Shown: positions 29,768-40,310, counted from the first letter of the stretch. The stretch is DNA of 64,000 nucleotides from Candidatus Micrarchaeota archaeon (GCA_018819225.1 JAHJQN010000004.1:287302-351301); one strand, 5' to 3'. A program made the numbers and translations. The notes: generated from the letters alone by a model not told the origin.

Positions 29768-30685
29768 CTATTCCGAAGGCCACAAGCACAATCGCAGCAC
29801 GAGATTCAAGCTCTCAAAACCTCCGCGAGGATTTCGGGAATTACTGGAATCCAGTGCTCCCACAATAATCTTAAACGGGCTGCGGAGCACGAGCAATTGA
29901 TTACTATCAATCTTCGCGCAATCAAACGCTTCTAAAGGAGGCCCGCTACCCGTTTCCAGGAACGGCGCATACTCCAGACCCGTTCCTTCGCCCGGGCGGT
30001 AAAGATACATGAAATCGCTCGCATAACCCAGATCATTCGCTATGTACGCCGGCGGAATGGCGACATCCAAAATGGCAGCGCCCGCTATTTCCGTTGAACG
30101 GGTGACCTCGGACATATAGTGATATCCAGAAAACGTGAACGGCTTCATGATCTCTTTCATGGAACAGCGCAACGCGGTTCGCCCGCGTTGATTTGAATGG
30201 CCGTAATGATCATCCAAGAAAGTGCCGGTTGCCGAATCAGTGGTAAAGGACTCGTCTAGTATGATTCCACCCACAATCGGAGAAACGTCTTTTTTCAACA
30301 AATCGGCTACGGTAATCAAGTTCGAGTAATCGGTCAAGGAAGGGCAATCAAACGTATCAATGCTGCTTCCATCAGATAATGTAAAACGATCAAACCGATC
30401 GTTATTCGATGCAAGAGTTTTACAGTAACGTTCCGAGTTTGCGCCACCCAAGTCCGCGCAGTACGTCTCAACGTCCCCTAACGTGTTCACGTCAATGAAA
30501 TACAAGGCTTTCGCGGTGCTTTGAAGATAGTTCATGAAATACGCGCTGCGCAACGCCCGATCCTGCGAAACCGTGTACGAGTTTAAGGTCACGAAGATCA
30601 TGGCCACGCTGAACACGACGACCATGAGGAACAGGATCCCGTCAAAGAACGACGCTTGGGCTTTTCTGGAACGCATCATCTCCAC
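29768..30685 (-). CDS. Class III signal peptide (pilin-like) protein
   Basis: RKAQ-ASFFD followed by hydrophobic helix. Confidence 0.65.
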   Translation of the reverse strand: MEMMRSRKAQASFFDGILFLMVVVFSVAMIFVTLNSYTVSQDRALRSAYFMNYLQSTAKALYFIDVNTLGDVETYCADLGGANSERYCKTLASNNDRFDRFTLSDGSSIDTFDCPSLTDYSNLITVADLLKKDVSPIVGGIILDESFTTDSATGTFLDDHYGHSNQRGRTALRCSMKEIMKPFTFSGYHYMSEVTRSTEIAGAAILDVAIPPAYIANDLGYASDFMYLYRPGEGTGLEYAPFLETGSGPPLEAFDCAKIDSNQLLVLRSPFKIIVGALDSSNSRNPRGGFESLNLVLRLCLWPSE

Positions 30686-31206
30686 CCGGCCACGCTAATG
30701 AACGCCAGACCGCGCTTTCCGTCACCGCAATCCGTTGCCATTGGAAAACTCATGATCACCGTGTTCTCATCCCCAAATTCGATATCTCCGCTTCCCACGG
30801 AATCCATATCCTCATGACGAGTGAAACTGGAACAAACGCGGGCTGGATAACTACCGAGAGCCGGATTAACCGCAAAGAATTGGTTCACATTCACGGGGCC
30901 GCAAAACGGCTTCAAAATCATCGTGAAATTAAGCTGTCTTTTTAACGCGATCTCTTTCACCAGCGAGCATTTCAAATCGAAGTCGCTCGCCAGATCAGGA
31001 ACGCGGCTCATATAACCTTTCTCCGTTGCCACGTATGAAACCTGGAGCACGTCGTCCCGCAAATCAATGTATTCGTTGCGCGCATTAATCTGGCTTTGAA
31101 TAAAACCAATGGAGATCAAGAAAATGAATATTCCGGCGATGATCGGAAATAGGCTCGGAATGTCGTCACCAATTGGGCCAATAAATCCTTTCTTATGCAT
31201 ACTCAA
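30676..31206 (-). CDS. Class III signal peptide (pilin-like) protein
   Basis: KKG-FIG followed by hydrophobic helix. Confidence 0.6.
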   Translation of the reverse strand: MSMHKKGFIGPIGDDIPSLFPIIAGIFIFLISIGFIQSQINARNEYIDLRDDVLQVSYVATEKGYMSRVPDLASDFDLKCSLVKEIALKRQLNFTMILKPFCGPVNVNQFFAVNPALGSYPARVCSSFTRHEDMDSVGSGDIEFGDENTVIMSFPMATDCGDGKRGLAFISVAGWR

Positions 31207-31209
31207 TCC

Positions 31210-31926
31210 CTATGGAATGGGAGTCGGGAAGCCGCAAATGCCGATAGCGTTGATCGCGTTATCGGTAACCAGATTAATACAGGTATTCACGTTGTCATTA
31301 GCGCAATCCTGAATCCATAAATGCCGTTCTTGCGCGGGACCCGGAGGGATATACTTGTTCGCGCACTTAATGATAATCAAATACTTTGAACGGGAATTTA
31401 GATCGCGATCCGATGGACTTAAATGAAGGCTCGTGCGAACAGGAGGCGTCGAAATATCATCCAATAATCGATGCGGATTATTTTCAAAATGAATCATGTA
31501 ATTCTGGAACGGGATACTGGAACCGCGTTCGCAGGTGCGTTCTCCCACGGGAGAGGCATTCACGATTAGCTTGCCGTCCCCCCGAACCGTCTCATAATTG
31601 GCTCCCGAGTCATGAAATAAGGTTATGTCTACTAGATATCTCGTACGGTCATCCCGGCCGAGTTCAAGGGCCAAAGGGAATGCGAAAGCGCGCTGTTCAT
31701 CCTCCGCAGGAGACTCGAGAACCTGTTCGATTCGGCCGACAATCGCACTCGTAATCACTTGGGTTTGATCCGAGCAAATCTGGCGCTTCGCGTTCACTTG
31801 AAACATGAACACGATGGCGGATAGCGCGATAATAAAGAAGATCATGCCGAACTTGGTCAGCATCCAAAGCTCGATCTGACCTTTACTGGATTGGATTGGC
31901 ATACGTTGGAATAAAGAAAAGGGCAT
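31210..31926 (-). CDS. Class III signal peptide (pilin-like) protein
   Basis: SKGQ-IELW followed by hydrophobic helix. Confidence 0.65.
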   Translation of the reverse strand: MPFSLFQRMPIQSSKGQIELWMLTKFGMIFFIIALSAIVFMFQVNAKRQICSDQTQVITSAIVGRIEQVLESPAEDEQRAFAFPLALELGRDDRTRYLVDITLFHDSGANYETVRGDGKLIVNASPVGERTCERGSSIPFQNYMIHFENNPHRLLDDISTPPVRTSLHLSPSDRDLNSRSKYLIIIKCANKYIPPGPAQERHLWIQDCANDNVNTCINLVTDNAINAIGICGFPTPIP

Positions 31927-31950
31927 TTAAATGCCTGCGCTTCATTCTTT

Positions 31951-32535
31951 TTGGTTCCAATGGAGTTGTTAGCCTCGTTCATCAAATCGTTCGTGCTCTT
32001 GTTCGCCATCATGGACCCATTCTCGTGCATCCCCATCTTCGTTTCCTTGACCTCCAAGTTCAAAGAAGTCGAACGGAGGAAAAGCGCTAACGAAGCCATT
32101 CTCGTCGCGGCCCTCTTGATTGCAGTCTTCGCCTTGTTCGGGACCTCGCTGCTGGACTTGCTCGCTATTCGCATGAGCGACTTCATGGTCGCCGGCGGAC
32201 TCGTCATCGGCCTTCTGGGACTGCAGCTCATGTTCGCCGATGAGACGCCTAAAAAGGCCTCGAACTACCAGCTTGCGGCCGTGATCATTGCGACACCCAT
32301 GCTCACCGGTCCCGGAGTCATCAGTACGGTCATCGTGCTCACCGTTTCCGAGGGCTTGCTGGTGACGCTGGCAGCTGCTTTCGCTTCTCTGGCTCTCGCT
32401 TGGATTATCCTGCGGAAATCATACGCGTTCATGCAATTACTCGGGAAGGAATTCATCAGCGTTTTCTCGCGTATCATGGGATTGTTGATCGTGGCTTTGG
32501 CCATCGGTTTTATCCGGAAAGGATTAGGAGCATAA
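31951..32535 (+). CDS. MarC-family membrane protein
   Basis: LFAIMDPF..IPIF, ATPMLTGPG, SRIMGLL. Confidence 0.9.
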   Translation: MVPMELLASFIKSFVLLFAIMDPFSCIPIFVSLTSKFKEVERRKSANEAILVAALLIAVFALFGTSLLDLLAIRMSDFMVAGGLVIGLLGLQLMFADETPKKASNYQLAAVIIATPMLTGPGVISTVIVLTVSEGLLVTLAAAFASLALAWIILRKSYAFMQLLGKEFISVFSRIMGLLIVALAIGFIRKGLGA

Positions 32536-32688
32536 CGTGCATGCGCCGGAAAGGAATCCAACCAGGAAAGCGGTCAGGGGACGCGTAACGGCAAGCTCGT
32601 TAACTGCATATCACGTTGCATCCCATGGAAACAGGTATTTGGACGAGGAGCAATGGGTCCATGAGCAAATGACGTTCCCGAACGCGGA

Positions 32689-33825
32689 TTACGGTAGGAA
32701 GTCCTGGTTCTTGATTTTTTCAGGCAAATACGTGCTGCTGATATACTGCAAGTTCTTGCTGCTCAACGCCTGGATTTCCGCCTTGATCTTCTTATCCAAG
32801 AACTTGTCAATTTCTTTCTGCCACGGTTTCGCCTTGAACCAATCGTAATTCCGCATTTCCTGCGCCCGCTTGATGTCCACGTCCTTCGCGCGAATCGTGA
32901 CATTCCGCAAATTATAATGTTCGATATCCGATATACTCATACCCAAGAACTTCATTTCACGCGATCCCAAGCGTTCGCTCTCGTGCGCCAACGCCATGCT
33001 CCCATACTTCATCGTGCTGTAAATATACCACCCGTACGGGTCCGCGTCCGTCAAACAATAGATGGGGAGCTTCAATTCCGTACTCAAACGTTGAAGCAAT
33101 CGACGCGTTCCGCGAGCCGCTTGACCCGCGGTAGTCATCAACAAACACTTGTTGCGCTTCCAGTACTCGTCTTCATTCAACCGATCGAAAATCGCGTTTT
33201 TCTCGGCCACGAGCACATACTCCAAATCGTAATCAACGAACTCGATCTGCTCCACAATGCTGGGAATCGCCAACCCGCCACTTCCCAACTGGTCCAACTT
33301 AATCACGGAAGCCTTTTCTTTCACGAAGTCGCGAATCGTCATGGTTCCCGCCATACGCCCCTTGGGTTCTGCACGCAAATGCAGACGCTCACGGAACGTG
33401 TCCAAGGCGACCTCGAAATCCACGATCGCCAAGTCACTTTCCTTTTGTTCATCAATGGTTTCTTCCTTCGTTCCAGCAATCGTCCGCTTCTTGGCATAAT
33501 ACAAGTCTCGAAGCGTCGCCGTCAAATTATTGTCCAGCAAATCCTTTTTCACATACGAGGCGACGAGCATGGTCTGCATGAACCGACGCGCATGGGAGAC
33601 ATTGAACAAAAACCGTTTGGCGACTTTGCTTCCCAAAACGATTTTCTTCTCCTTCTCGTCAAATGCCACGTTGCTCGAACCGCGAACCGGAATATCGATA
33701 TGCGGATTATCGTTCCGATCAATTTCCTTAATGAGTTCGTGCGCGAATTTCTCGATGCGCATCTGAATCTCTTCCCGATCCTTCCGACGCTTGTCCGCCT
33801 GCGATGTTGGTTTGTCCTTCGCCAT
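32689..33825 (-). CDS. top6A: DNA topoisomerase VI subunit A
   Basis: LRDLYY (catalytic Tyr), AEKNAIF, TDADPYG, KAEIQAL. Confidence 0.95.
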   Translation of the reverse strand: MAKDKPTSQADKRRKDREEIQMRIEKFAHELIKEIDRNDNPHIDIPVRGSSNVAFDEKEKKIVLGSKVAKRFLFNVSHARRFMQTMLVASYVKKDLLDNNLTATLRDLYYAKKRTIAGTKEETIDEQKESDLAIVDFEVALDTFRERLHLRAEPKGRMAGTMTIRDFVKEKASVIKLDQLGSGGLAIPSIVEQIEFVDYDLEYVLVAEKNAIFDRLNEDEYWKRNKCLLMTTAGQAARGTRRLLQRLSTELKLPIYCLTDADPYGWYIYSTMKYGSMALAHESERLGSREMKFLGMSISDIEHYNLRNVTIRAKDVDIKRAQEMRNYDWFKAKPWQKEIDKFLDKKIKAEIQALSSKNLQYISSTYLPEKIKNQDFLP

Positions 33826-33835
33826 ACCCTATCAC

Positions 33836-35572
33836 TTATTTCGACTCCTCTTCCAATTCCTTGGAAGCCGCTTTCTCCATCTGCTCCAGTTCTTCCTCGG
33901 CGTCCTCCACCTTATCCGCTTTTTCCTCCATCGCCGTCCGCACTTCCGCAATCTTTTGAAGCTTGTTCTTCAATACGGATTGTTCTTTTCCGGTGAGCTC
34001 GCCCAGCGCTTGCGCCACTTCCCCGATATAACGGAAGAACAATTGGCGGCGGCGCTCCTGGTCTTCAATGCGCTGCATGGAATGAAGATAATGCGAAATG
34101 TCTCGCGCGCACTCCATCAGAGCCGCTCGAATCTCAGTGACAATCTCCTCTTCCGCGGAAATCGCGAGCTTTCCCGCACCGGTATACGGAACGTATACGC
34201 TCACGAAATTCACAAAAATCGTGACCGGCTTTTCCTCCCAATCCTTCAAATCATACCGCGCCCAATCAATCGTTTTTGCGGCCTCCGAAATCGCGCACGA
34301 GCCCGCGTCAAACAACAACGGAACGCGATTCGAAAAACGAAGCAGTTCTCCGCCCGGTTGATTCCCTTTAACGGCCCCCGCATTTCCTCCGTAAGCAATC
34401 CCGGCCTCCACCAGAAACGGAATCCCTCCACGAAACACGCGAGGCCTGCGTGCCACGACTTTCAACGCTTCCGGCTTTAAAAGGTTCTTCAGACTCTTTT
34501 CCAACTGGAGCTCGCCAATCGGTATCAGTGTGCTCGTTTCGGGAGAAATCCATTTTACGGTCTGAATGGCTTGCACGATTCGCTCCGCTTCATGCCACTT
34601 CAAGGAACCCGGAGAACGATTGAAGTCCACGAAATTGTGGGGCGGCTCCGTATTCTCCTTGGGATTCAACTTCGCATTCACGAGCGCGTCCAACTCTTTC
34701 ACCTTATCGTTACTCACGCGAGAAAATTCGGTGACCAAAAATGAAGAAATTTTTCGCGCTTTGGAAATAGCCGCCATGTCCATGATGTCCGACGTCGTCA
34801 ATCCCAGCGGATGCGGCAACGTCGGTTTGGGTTTCGGCGGAATTTGAGTAATGGCTCGGGGAAACACGACGATCTCCTTCGTCGGCTCGATCAGCGACAG
34901 CTGCACATGCGGGTTCGCGAGCGCCGTACGCCGCAAATACTCATACACACCGTACTCCGAACGATTGTAAGTCACTTCCGCGAACTCGGCGGCAATGCGC
35001 ACGCCCCTAAAATTCTGAGAAAATTCTTTTCCGTTCGTGATCACCGGCTCGTTCGTTTTCACGTCTATGGCCACGTCCGCCTCAAACGCCTTGTAATTGC
35101 CGATACCCGTTTTAATGTGCGTGGGCTTGCCCGTCGTAATCTGAGAAAAAAGGGTCGCATACGCCGCCCCGATTCCCTGCTGACCCCTCTGCTGGCGTCG
35201 CTGGCTAAACTTCGTACCGGATAACAGTTTCCCGAACGCCTGACCGATCTTGCTTTTCGGAACTCCGGTCCCGTTATCTTGAGTAATAATCTTGATGTGC
35301 GAATTCAACTGCTGTACTTCCACGGAAATTTCGGGAGGAATATTCGCATCCTCCGCGGAATCAATGGAGTTCGTCACGTATTCATGAACGATCGTGGTCA
35401 ACGAACGCACTTTACCGCTGTAACCCAACATCTGCCGATTCTTCTTAAAGAATTCCGCGACGGAATACTCCTTAAAGTCCTTCGCCATGACGCGCTCCGT
35501 ATCATCAAACGACGATTCTTTTGCCGAATCCGCGGTCTGACCAGTTTCAATGGGTTTCGGTTTTTCCGTCAT
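33836..35572 (-). CDS. top6B: DNA topoisomerase VI subunit B
   Basis: SVAEFFKKN, EYVTNSID, DNGTG, RGQQGIG, RFSNRVPLL. Confidence 0.95.
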   Translation of the reverse strand: MTEKPKPIETGQTADSAKESSFDDTERVMAKDFKEYSVAEFFKKNRQMLGYSGKVRSLTTIVHEYVTNSIDSAEDANIPPEISVEVQQLNSHIKIITQDNGTGVPKSKIGQAFGKLLSGTKFSQRRQQRGQQGIGAAYATLFSQITTGKPTHIKTGIGNYKAFEADVAIDVKTNEPVITNGKEFSQNFRGVRIAAEFAEVTYNRSEYGVYEYLRRTALANPHVQLSLIEPTKEIVVFPRAITQIPPKPKPTLPHPLGLTTSDIMDMAAISKARKISSFLVTEFSRVSNDKVKELDALVNAKLNPKENTEPPHNFVDFNRSPGSLKWHEAERIVQAIQTVKWISPETSTLIPIGELQLEKSLKNLLKPEALKVVARRPRVFRGGIPFLVEAGIAYGGNAGAVKGNQPGGELLRFSNRVPLLFDAGSCAISEAAKTIDWARYDLKDWEEKPVTIFVNFVSVYVPYTGAGKLAISAEEEIVTEIRAALMECARDISHYLHSMQRIEDQERRRQLFFRYIGEVAQALGELTGKEQSVLKNKLQKIAEVRTAMEEKADKVEDAEEELEQMEKAASKELEEESK

Positions 35573-36081
35573 TTCAAACTCAGCCTTTTCTCGCGGTTCC
35601 GCTTCTCCAGGTACGCGAAAACCGTTGAGTGGGTTGCTCCTTCCAATAACCGCAGAATCCCTTCCTTCGCGTCCTGCAGATCCTCGAATTCCCCGAGTAT
35701 CGCGACATCCTCATCCGAAATCGCGATGAATGCACCGCTCAATTCTTCGATCGTGCGTTTGGCTTTTCCCTGAACGCCAATAATCCGGCCCTTGTAACGC
35801 GTAATCGCTTTTTCATTACGCACAAGCAGCTTGAGATTAAGCACTTCGATGAAAAAATTATCGTTGAAAAGTTTAAAAGCTTTCTGCGGCGGAAACCCCC
35901 AATTCATGGCTTGCAATACTTGTTTCGCCGCCCACACATCTCCCGGCTCGCCATCCAATTGCAGTCCATCCGAAGACCAGGACATGGAAACGCGGCCCTG
36001 TTGCTCCAACTTGCGCTGCCAAATGCCATCGTTCTTCTTCAATTCCTTGGACGCGAAAGGGATAACCGAAATGAAATCCAT
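35569..36081 (-). CDS. KH-domain RNA-processing protein (Dim2/Pno1-like)
   Basis: GFPPQKAFKL, KGRIIGVQGKAKRTIEELSG, GATHSTV. Confidence 0.88.
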   Translation of the reverse strand: MDFISVIPFASKELKKNDGIWQRKLEQQGRVSMSWSSDGLQLDGEPGDVWAAKQVLQAMNWGFPPQKAFKLFNDNFFIEVLNLKLLVRNEKAITRYKGRIIGVQGKAKRTIEELSGAFIAISDEDVAILGEFEDLQDAKEGILRLLEGATHSTVFAYLEKRNREKRLSLK

Positions 36082-36206
36082 AAGCCGTGCGACCCTCTAA
36101 AAAAGGGAAACGTTCCAAACAAAGGTATTGATAGACCTCGAACAAAAGAATGAGACGTTGCATGTTTATATAGGAAACGCTTGTGCACCCCCGGTGATTA
36201 TCCTCC

Positions 36207-37436
36207 ATGCGATTTGAACCCGAACACTTCATCGTCGAAGAAATTATTCCAACCGGAGACGTGCTCAAAATAAACGAAGCGTTTACGAAAAAAGATGAGG
36301 ACGACCTCAAACCCGCCTACTACTTCACGCAATTCATCCTCCAAAAACGACTATGGACGACCGCACACGCCATTCGGGAGGTTGCGCGCCGCCTGCACCT
36401 GTCCCAAAAACGCTTGAATTACGCAGGCAACAAAGACCGAAACGCCGTAACGACCCAACGCTGTTCCGCTTTCGCCGTGGAACCCGAGCGCATCATGAAC
36501 CTAAGAATAAAAGATATCACGATTCTCGGCGCATGGAAAACAAAAGAAAAAGTGGCTTTAGGGGAGGTCATGGGCAACCGGTTCACTATCCGAGTGCCCA
36601 GCAAAACCTACGACGCGAAAACGATTCAAGAAAAAGCGCGCGCCGCCTCCATGACGATCCCAAACCTATTTGGACCCCAACGATTCGGAAGCGTTCGCAA
36701 CATCACACACGAAATTGGAAAACGACTGGTGCAGGAAAAATATGCGGAAGCGATCACCCATTATCTCACCGCCCACGATGAACAGGAACATCACGCGGAA
36801 GCGCGACACGCTCGAAAGCGGTTAAAGGAAACCATGGATTACACGGAAGCGCTCCGCACCTTCCCGCAGCACCTGCGAATCGAGCGCACGCTCATCGCCC
36901 ATCTCGCGAAACAACCGAACGATCATTTGGGCGCGTTCCGAAAACTGCACCGCAGCATGCAACTCCTCTTTGTCCACGCATACCAAAGCCACTTGTTTAA
37001 TCAAGTGACTGAACGACGAAAAAGGGCAGGCCATTTACTCCACGCGAACATCGGGGACGCGTATGCGTCATTAAACGAAAACGGTTTTCCAAACCTCGAA
37101 ACCATGCATCGAATAGAGGATGCAGAACAAAGAGAAATGGCGCAAGAAAAGGTGAATGAACGCAAGGCCGTGCTCTTGGGACGCCTCATCGGATACGAAA
37201 GCGATCTCGGAGAAGCCGAACAGAATCTCCTCGCCGAAGAAGGGATTTCGCTTCAACAATTCCACCTGCGCAGCTTGCCTGAACTCAGCCCGAAAGGTGG
37301 CTGGAGACCCTTGTTCCTATTCCTGAACGATTTCCAGGCGAATGAAGAGAATGACTGGTCAGTACTTCGATTTTCCTTACCTGCCGGAAGTTATGCAACC
37401 GTCGCCCTACACGCACTCGGAATCGCGCCCGAATAG
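36207..37436 (+). CDS. truD: tRNA pseudouridine synthase TruD/Pus7
   Basis: YAGNKDRNAVTTQ, GNRFTI, PNLFGPQRFG, HAYQSHLFN, FSLPAGSYAT. Confidence 0.93.
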   Translation: MRFEPEHFIVEEIIPTGDVLKINEAFTKKDEDDLKPAYYFTQFILQKRLWTTAHAIREVARRLHLSQKRLNYAGNKDRNAVTTQRCSAFAVEPERIMNLRIKDITILGAWKTKEKVALGEVMGNRFTIRVPSKTYDAKTIQEKARAASMTIPNLFGPQRFGSVRNITHEIGKRLVQEKYAEAITHYLTAHDEQEHHAEARHARKRLKETMDYTEALRTFPQHLRIERTLIAHLAKQPNDHLGAFRKLHRSMQLLFVHAYQSHLFNQVTERRKRAGHLLHANIGDAYASLNENGFPNLETMHRIEDAEQREMAQEKVNERKAVLLGRLIGYESDLGEAEQNLLAEEGISLQQFHLRSLPELSPKGGWRPLFLFLNDFQANEENDWSVLRFSLPAGSYATVALHALGIAPE

Positions 37437-37477
37437 CAAGCCATTTAAAGATAAATGAATCGAATAATTCGAGCCAA

Positions 37478-37592
37478 GGGCTCGTAGCTCAGCCGGCAGA
37501 GCGATCGGCTCTTAACCGATAGGTCGAGGGTTCGAAACCCGTTTTATTCCCGTGAAAAATAAAGCGCTTATGCGAAACTCCCTCCGAGCCCG
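37478..37592 (+). tRNA. tRNA-Lys(CUU) with 42-nt T-loop intron at 59/60 (37537..37578)
   Basis: gggctcg/cgagccc; atcgg-CT-CTT-AA-ccgat; gaggg-TTCGAA|..|T-ccctc; helix TTCG/CGAA. Confidence 0.9.
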
Positions 37593-37594
37593 CT

Positions 37595-39514
37595 CTATTT
37601 TTTGAATAACCGGCGCACGCGATACGAGGCGCGCTGCTTATTCAATGTTTCCAAACGGGACTTGATTTCCGTCAACTTCCGCTCGTTCGCCAACATCTTG
37701 GAACGATAAACGTCTTGCGACACTTGACGCTTCAACAAACGGTACTTGAGATCCTGCTTTTCATTTTCCATACGAACGCGTTCGGCCTCCAAAAGTGCGG
37801 GTTCCTTCGCACGCTTCCGGTACGAACGCACGCTTTTCAGGAAACCATACCCCAGCAAGCCCGCGACCGCCAATAGCGCCCCATAAACAATATACGCATT
37901 CGGACGAGGAGGAATATAGACCGTATACAAAAAGGCTTCCTCTCCCGGAATTAATCGCGCCACGAACACTCCGGATTCGTTTAAGGCATTCGATAAACGG
38001 ATGGCGTACGTCCCATTCACGGGAGGAAAAATCTCGCAAATGAAGTTGGAATGCGTACCGTCAAATGGGGGGCGGCAAATGCACGTGGACGGTCCCTTGC
38101 AAGGTAAATTGAATGCCAGACGAGACTCGCTATCCGTGAACACGAACACCCGCGTCTTGCGCGTCGAGTCAATGACCTCGGGAGAAAAATAGTACTCCAG
38201 GACGAGAATGGAGTTAATGATTTCTTCCAGTTCAGGAATAATGGTGGGCCGCACCTCCTTTTTCACCGCCGTATTAGGAGGCAACGGCGTCGCATCCCAC
38301 GTCGCAGAAGGAAGAGTGTACGTCGAAGGGGCTGGAAGCGCTCCAGGATAGAACGCGGGATCTTCCGAAGGAGGCAAGGGAGCTACCGTGATGCCCGGTT
38401 GTCCCGTTAAACATCCTCTGCCTCCAGAGGTCCACTGCCATTCCAAACCAACGCGTTCGCAGGAATACCCGATTCCCCCGCAATTAATGAACTGGCACGA
38501 ATTACCCGAATTGCACGTCCACTCCCGGTAATTGCATGAAGAAGAAACGGATACCGCCGCGCAACCCAAACATTCTCCGGCAATTTTAAGCTGTTGCGAA
38601 GTACACGAATCCTGACACGCCCCCGGTACCTGCGAACAACCTTTAACGGGATCGCAAACCGCACTGCAACAACCCGGCGACCGACACCGATCGGATTCCA
38701 ACGAACAACCCGCCTTGCCCTCCGTAAACGCATAATGCCATGACCCTCCCCCTACCGAAACGCACGCGTTGCCAGGACACACGGGCTGACCCGCACATTG
38801 AGAACCATCCAAACTCCATTCAAATTGAGCGCTCGTTCCATTAAACGTGCACGCGAACAACCCGCTCCCACAAACCCCTTGATCGCAATACGTTTCCAAA
38901 GTACACGGGGATACGGTTGCCACGCATTCACCGCCTTGGCACGTTCCATGCGTGGAAAGATTCTGAGCGCCGCAAACGTCGTTACAAACCGTTCCATTCG
39001 CCAACGGTTCGCATAACCACGTTTGATTCGAACAAACATAAGACGTATTGATTCCGCAAGCCCCGCATTCGGACGGGTAACCACTGCAGCCGCCGCTACA
39101 ACAAAACGCGTCCTCTCCGCACGAGAAACCGGTTTGATCATTGCCGCAAGATACATCGACGGTAGCTACCCCGCATTCCAACGAAACCGCCGGAGCCTCC
39201 AGCGATGCATTCGCAAGAAATTCGCCGGACGCGTTATAGGTGCAATTCGCGTAAAAGAGTTCCGACGTATACCCGCAGCTTTCTTCCGAACGAATGAGCT
39301 CGTAAACATCCGGCAAACCTTCATTCGCGCAATCCATTTCTATTGAAATGGAACCGCACACGTGAGACACGTTAATCGACAAGGAAATCGTCGTCTGCAC
39401 GTCTCCCGAGTACTCGGAGGGAACCAACGCACAAGCTGGAGGCAACTGAATGGGAGGTGCTGCCAACGCGTTCACGGCCCAAAGGATGAGCAGAACACTA
39501 AACAGTAACCGCAT
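37595..39514 (-). CDS. Cys-rich secreted single-pass membrane protein with cytoplasmic coiled-coil tail
   Basis: Signal peptide, long Cys-rich ectodomain, TM, basic coiled-coil C-terminus. Confidence 0.7.
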   Translation of the reverse strand: MRLLFSVLLILWAVNALAAPPIQLPPACALVPSEYSGDVQTTISLSINVSHVCGSISIEMDCANEGLPDVYELIRSEESCGYTSELFYANCTYNASGEFLANASLEAPAVSLECGVATVDVSCGNDQTGFSCGEDAFCCSGGCSGYPSECGACGINTSYVCSNQTWLCEPLANGTVCNDVCGAQNLSTHGTCQGGECVATVSPCTLETYCDQGVCGSGLFACTFNGTSAQFEWSLDGSQCAGQPVCPGNACVSVGGGSWHYAFTEGKAGCSLESDRCRSPGCCSAVCDPVKGCSQVPGACQDSCTSQQLKIAGECLGCAAVSVSSSCNYREWTCNSGNSCQFINCGGIGYSCERVGLEWQWTSGGRGCLTGQPGITVAPLPPSEDPAFYPGALPAPSTYTLPSATWDATPLPPNTAVKKEVRPTIIPELEEIINSILVLEYYFSPEVIDSTRKTRVFVFTDSESRLAFNLPCKGPSTCICRPPFDGTHSNFICEIFPPVNGTYAIRLSNALNESGVFVARLIPGEEAFLYTVYIPPRPNAYIVYGALLAVAGLLGYGFLKSVRSYRKRAKEPALLEAERVRMENEKQDLKYRLLKRQVSQDVYRSKMLANERKLTEIKSRLETLNKQRASYRVRRLFKK

Positions 39515-39574
39515 GAGGATACAGACGAGTCCCAGAGAATAAAAGTGTTGTGGAAAAGAGTGAACAGAAGGGAT

Positions 39575-39901
39575 TCAGATGCGCAGCAGGCCCTTTTTAA
39601 CTAATTGCTCCACTTGCGGCCGCGTATACCGGTACGCAATATCCGCTTTCTCGTCCGATTCAACGACCCACGGGGTAATCAGCACGATGTCTCCGGAACG
39701 CATCCAGAGCTTCATGCGAATGCGTCCAGGAATGCGGCACAAGCGTTCCTTGCCGTCTTCACAATTAACAAATAAACGAGAACCCCCCACCAATTCCCGC
39801 ACGACTCCGAACAGTTCACCCTCGCGGGGCAGACGCAACCGGAAAGGCTGGTCGCCACGGTTTTGTTTCTTCTTGTGTCGCGGCTTTCGGTAAAATCCCA
39901 T
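39575..39901 (-). CDS. eif1a: Translation initiation factor aIF-1A
   Basis: GGSRLFVNCEDGKERLCRIPG, WMRSGDIV, IAYRYT. Confidence 0.93.
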   Translation of the reverse strand: MGFYRKPRHKKKQNRGDQPFRLRLPREGELFGVVRELVGGSRLFVNCEDGKERLCRIPGRIRMKLWMRSGDIVLITPWVVESDEKADIAYRYTRPQVEQLVKKGLLRI

Positions 39902-39905
39902 GGGA

Positions 39906-40310
39906 TCACACTAATACGGGCGATCGCGCACCACACGCCTCGCAAATCAATATTTTCGCGCTTCGCCCATGCGACTCGATCGACGTATCCGGCTTATGGC
40001 ATTCATGACAGATCACGTGCGTCTGGGCGTACAAACCGATTTTTTCATTAATCAAGCGGTCACTGACCTTGGTTTGCAACAGCAAACGCCCGCCTTCCAT
40101 GACCCCCGGAACGGCCAGTTCCCGAAACAAGAACTTCGCCAGGTCTGCGGGCTTGCGACGAAGCGTTTGGCAAATCGCGTCAAAATTACGGATTAACGTC
40201 TTATTGCCTTCAATGAATGCGTCCGCGATAGGCACTTCAAAACGTTCGCCGGAAGACTTCTTCTCGGGAAGGGACGCGTAAACCTCTGTCAACATGTTTT
40301 CGTAGTTCAT
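39906..40310 (-). CDS. eif2b: Translation initiation factor aIF-2 beta
   Basis: ERFEVP, GNKTLIRNF, ICHECHKPDT, CEACGA; start trimmed to ATG 40310. Confidence 0.93.
   Translation of the reverse strand: MNYENMLTEVYASLPEKKSSGERFEVPIADAFIEGNKTLIRNFDAICQTLRRKPADLAKFLFRELAVPGVMEGGRLLLQTKVSDRLINEKIGLYAQTHVICHECHKPDTSIESHGRSAKILICEACGARSPVLV

Noticed and set aside
32917-33996. Long antisense ORFs (also 3661..4578, 4530..5444, 27007..27975)
   Set aside because: Antisense shadows of well-supported genes
37593-39574. Cassette behind tRNA-Lys (and 24600-25508 behind tRNA-Cys)
   Set aside because: Accessory-looking genes abut the tRNA 3' ends, but no convincing displaced 3'-end repeat was found
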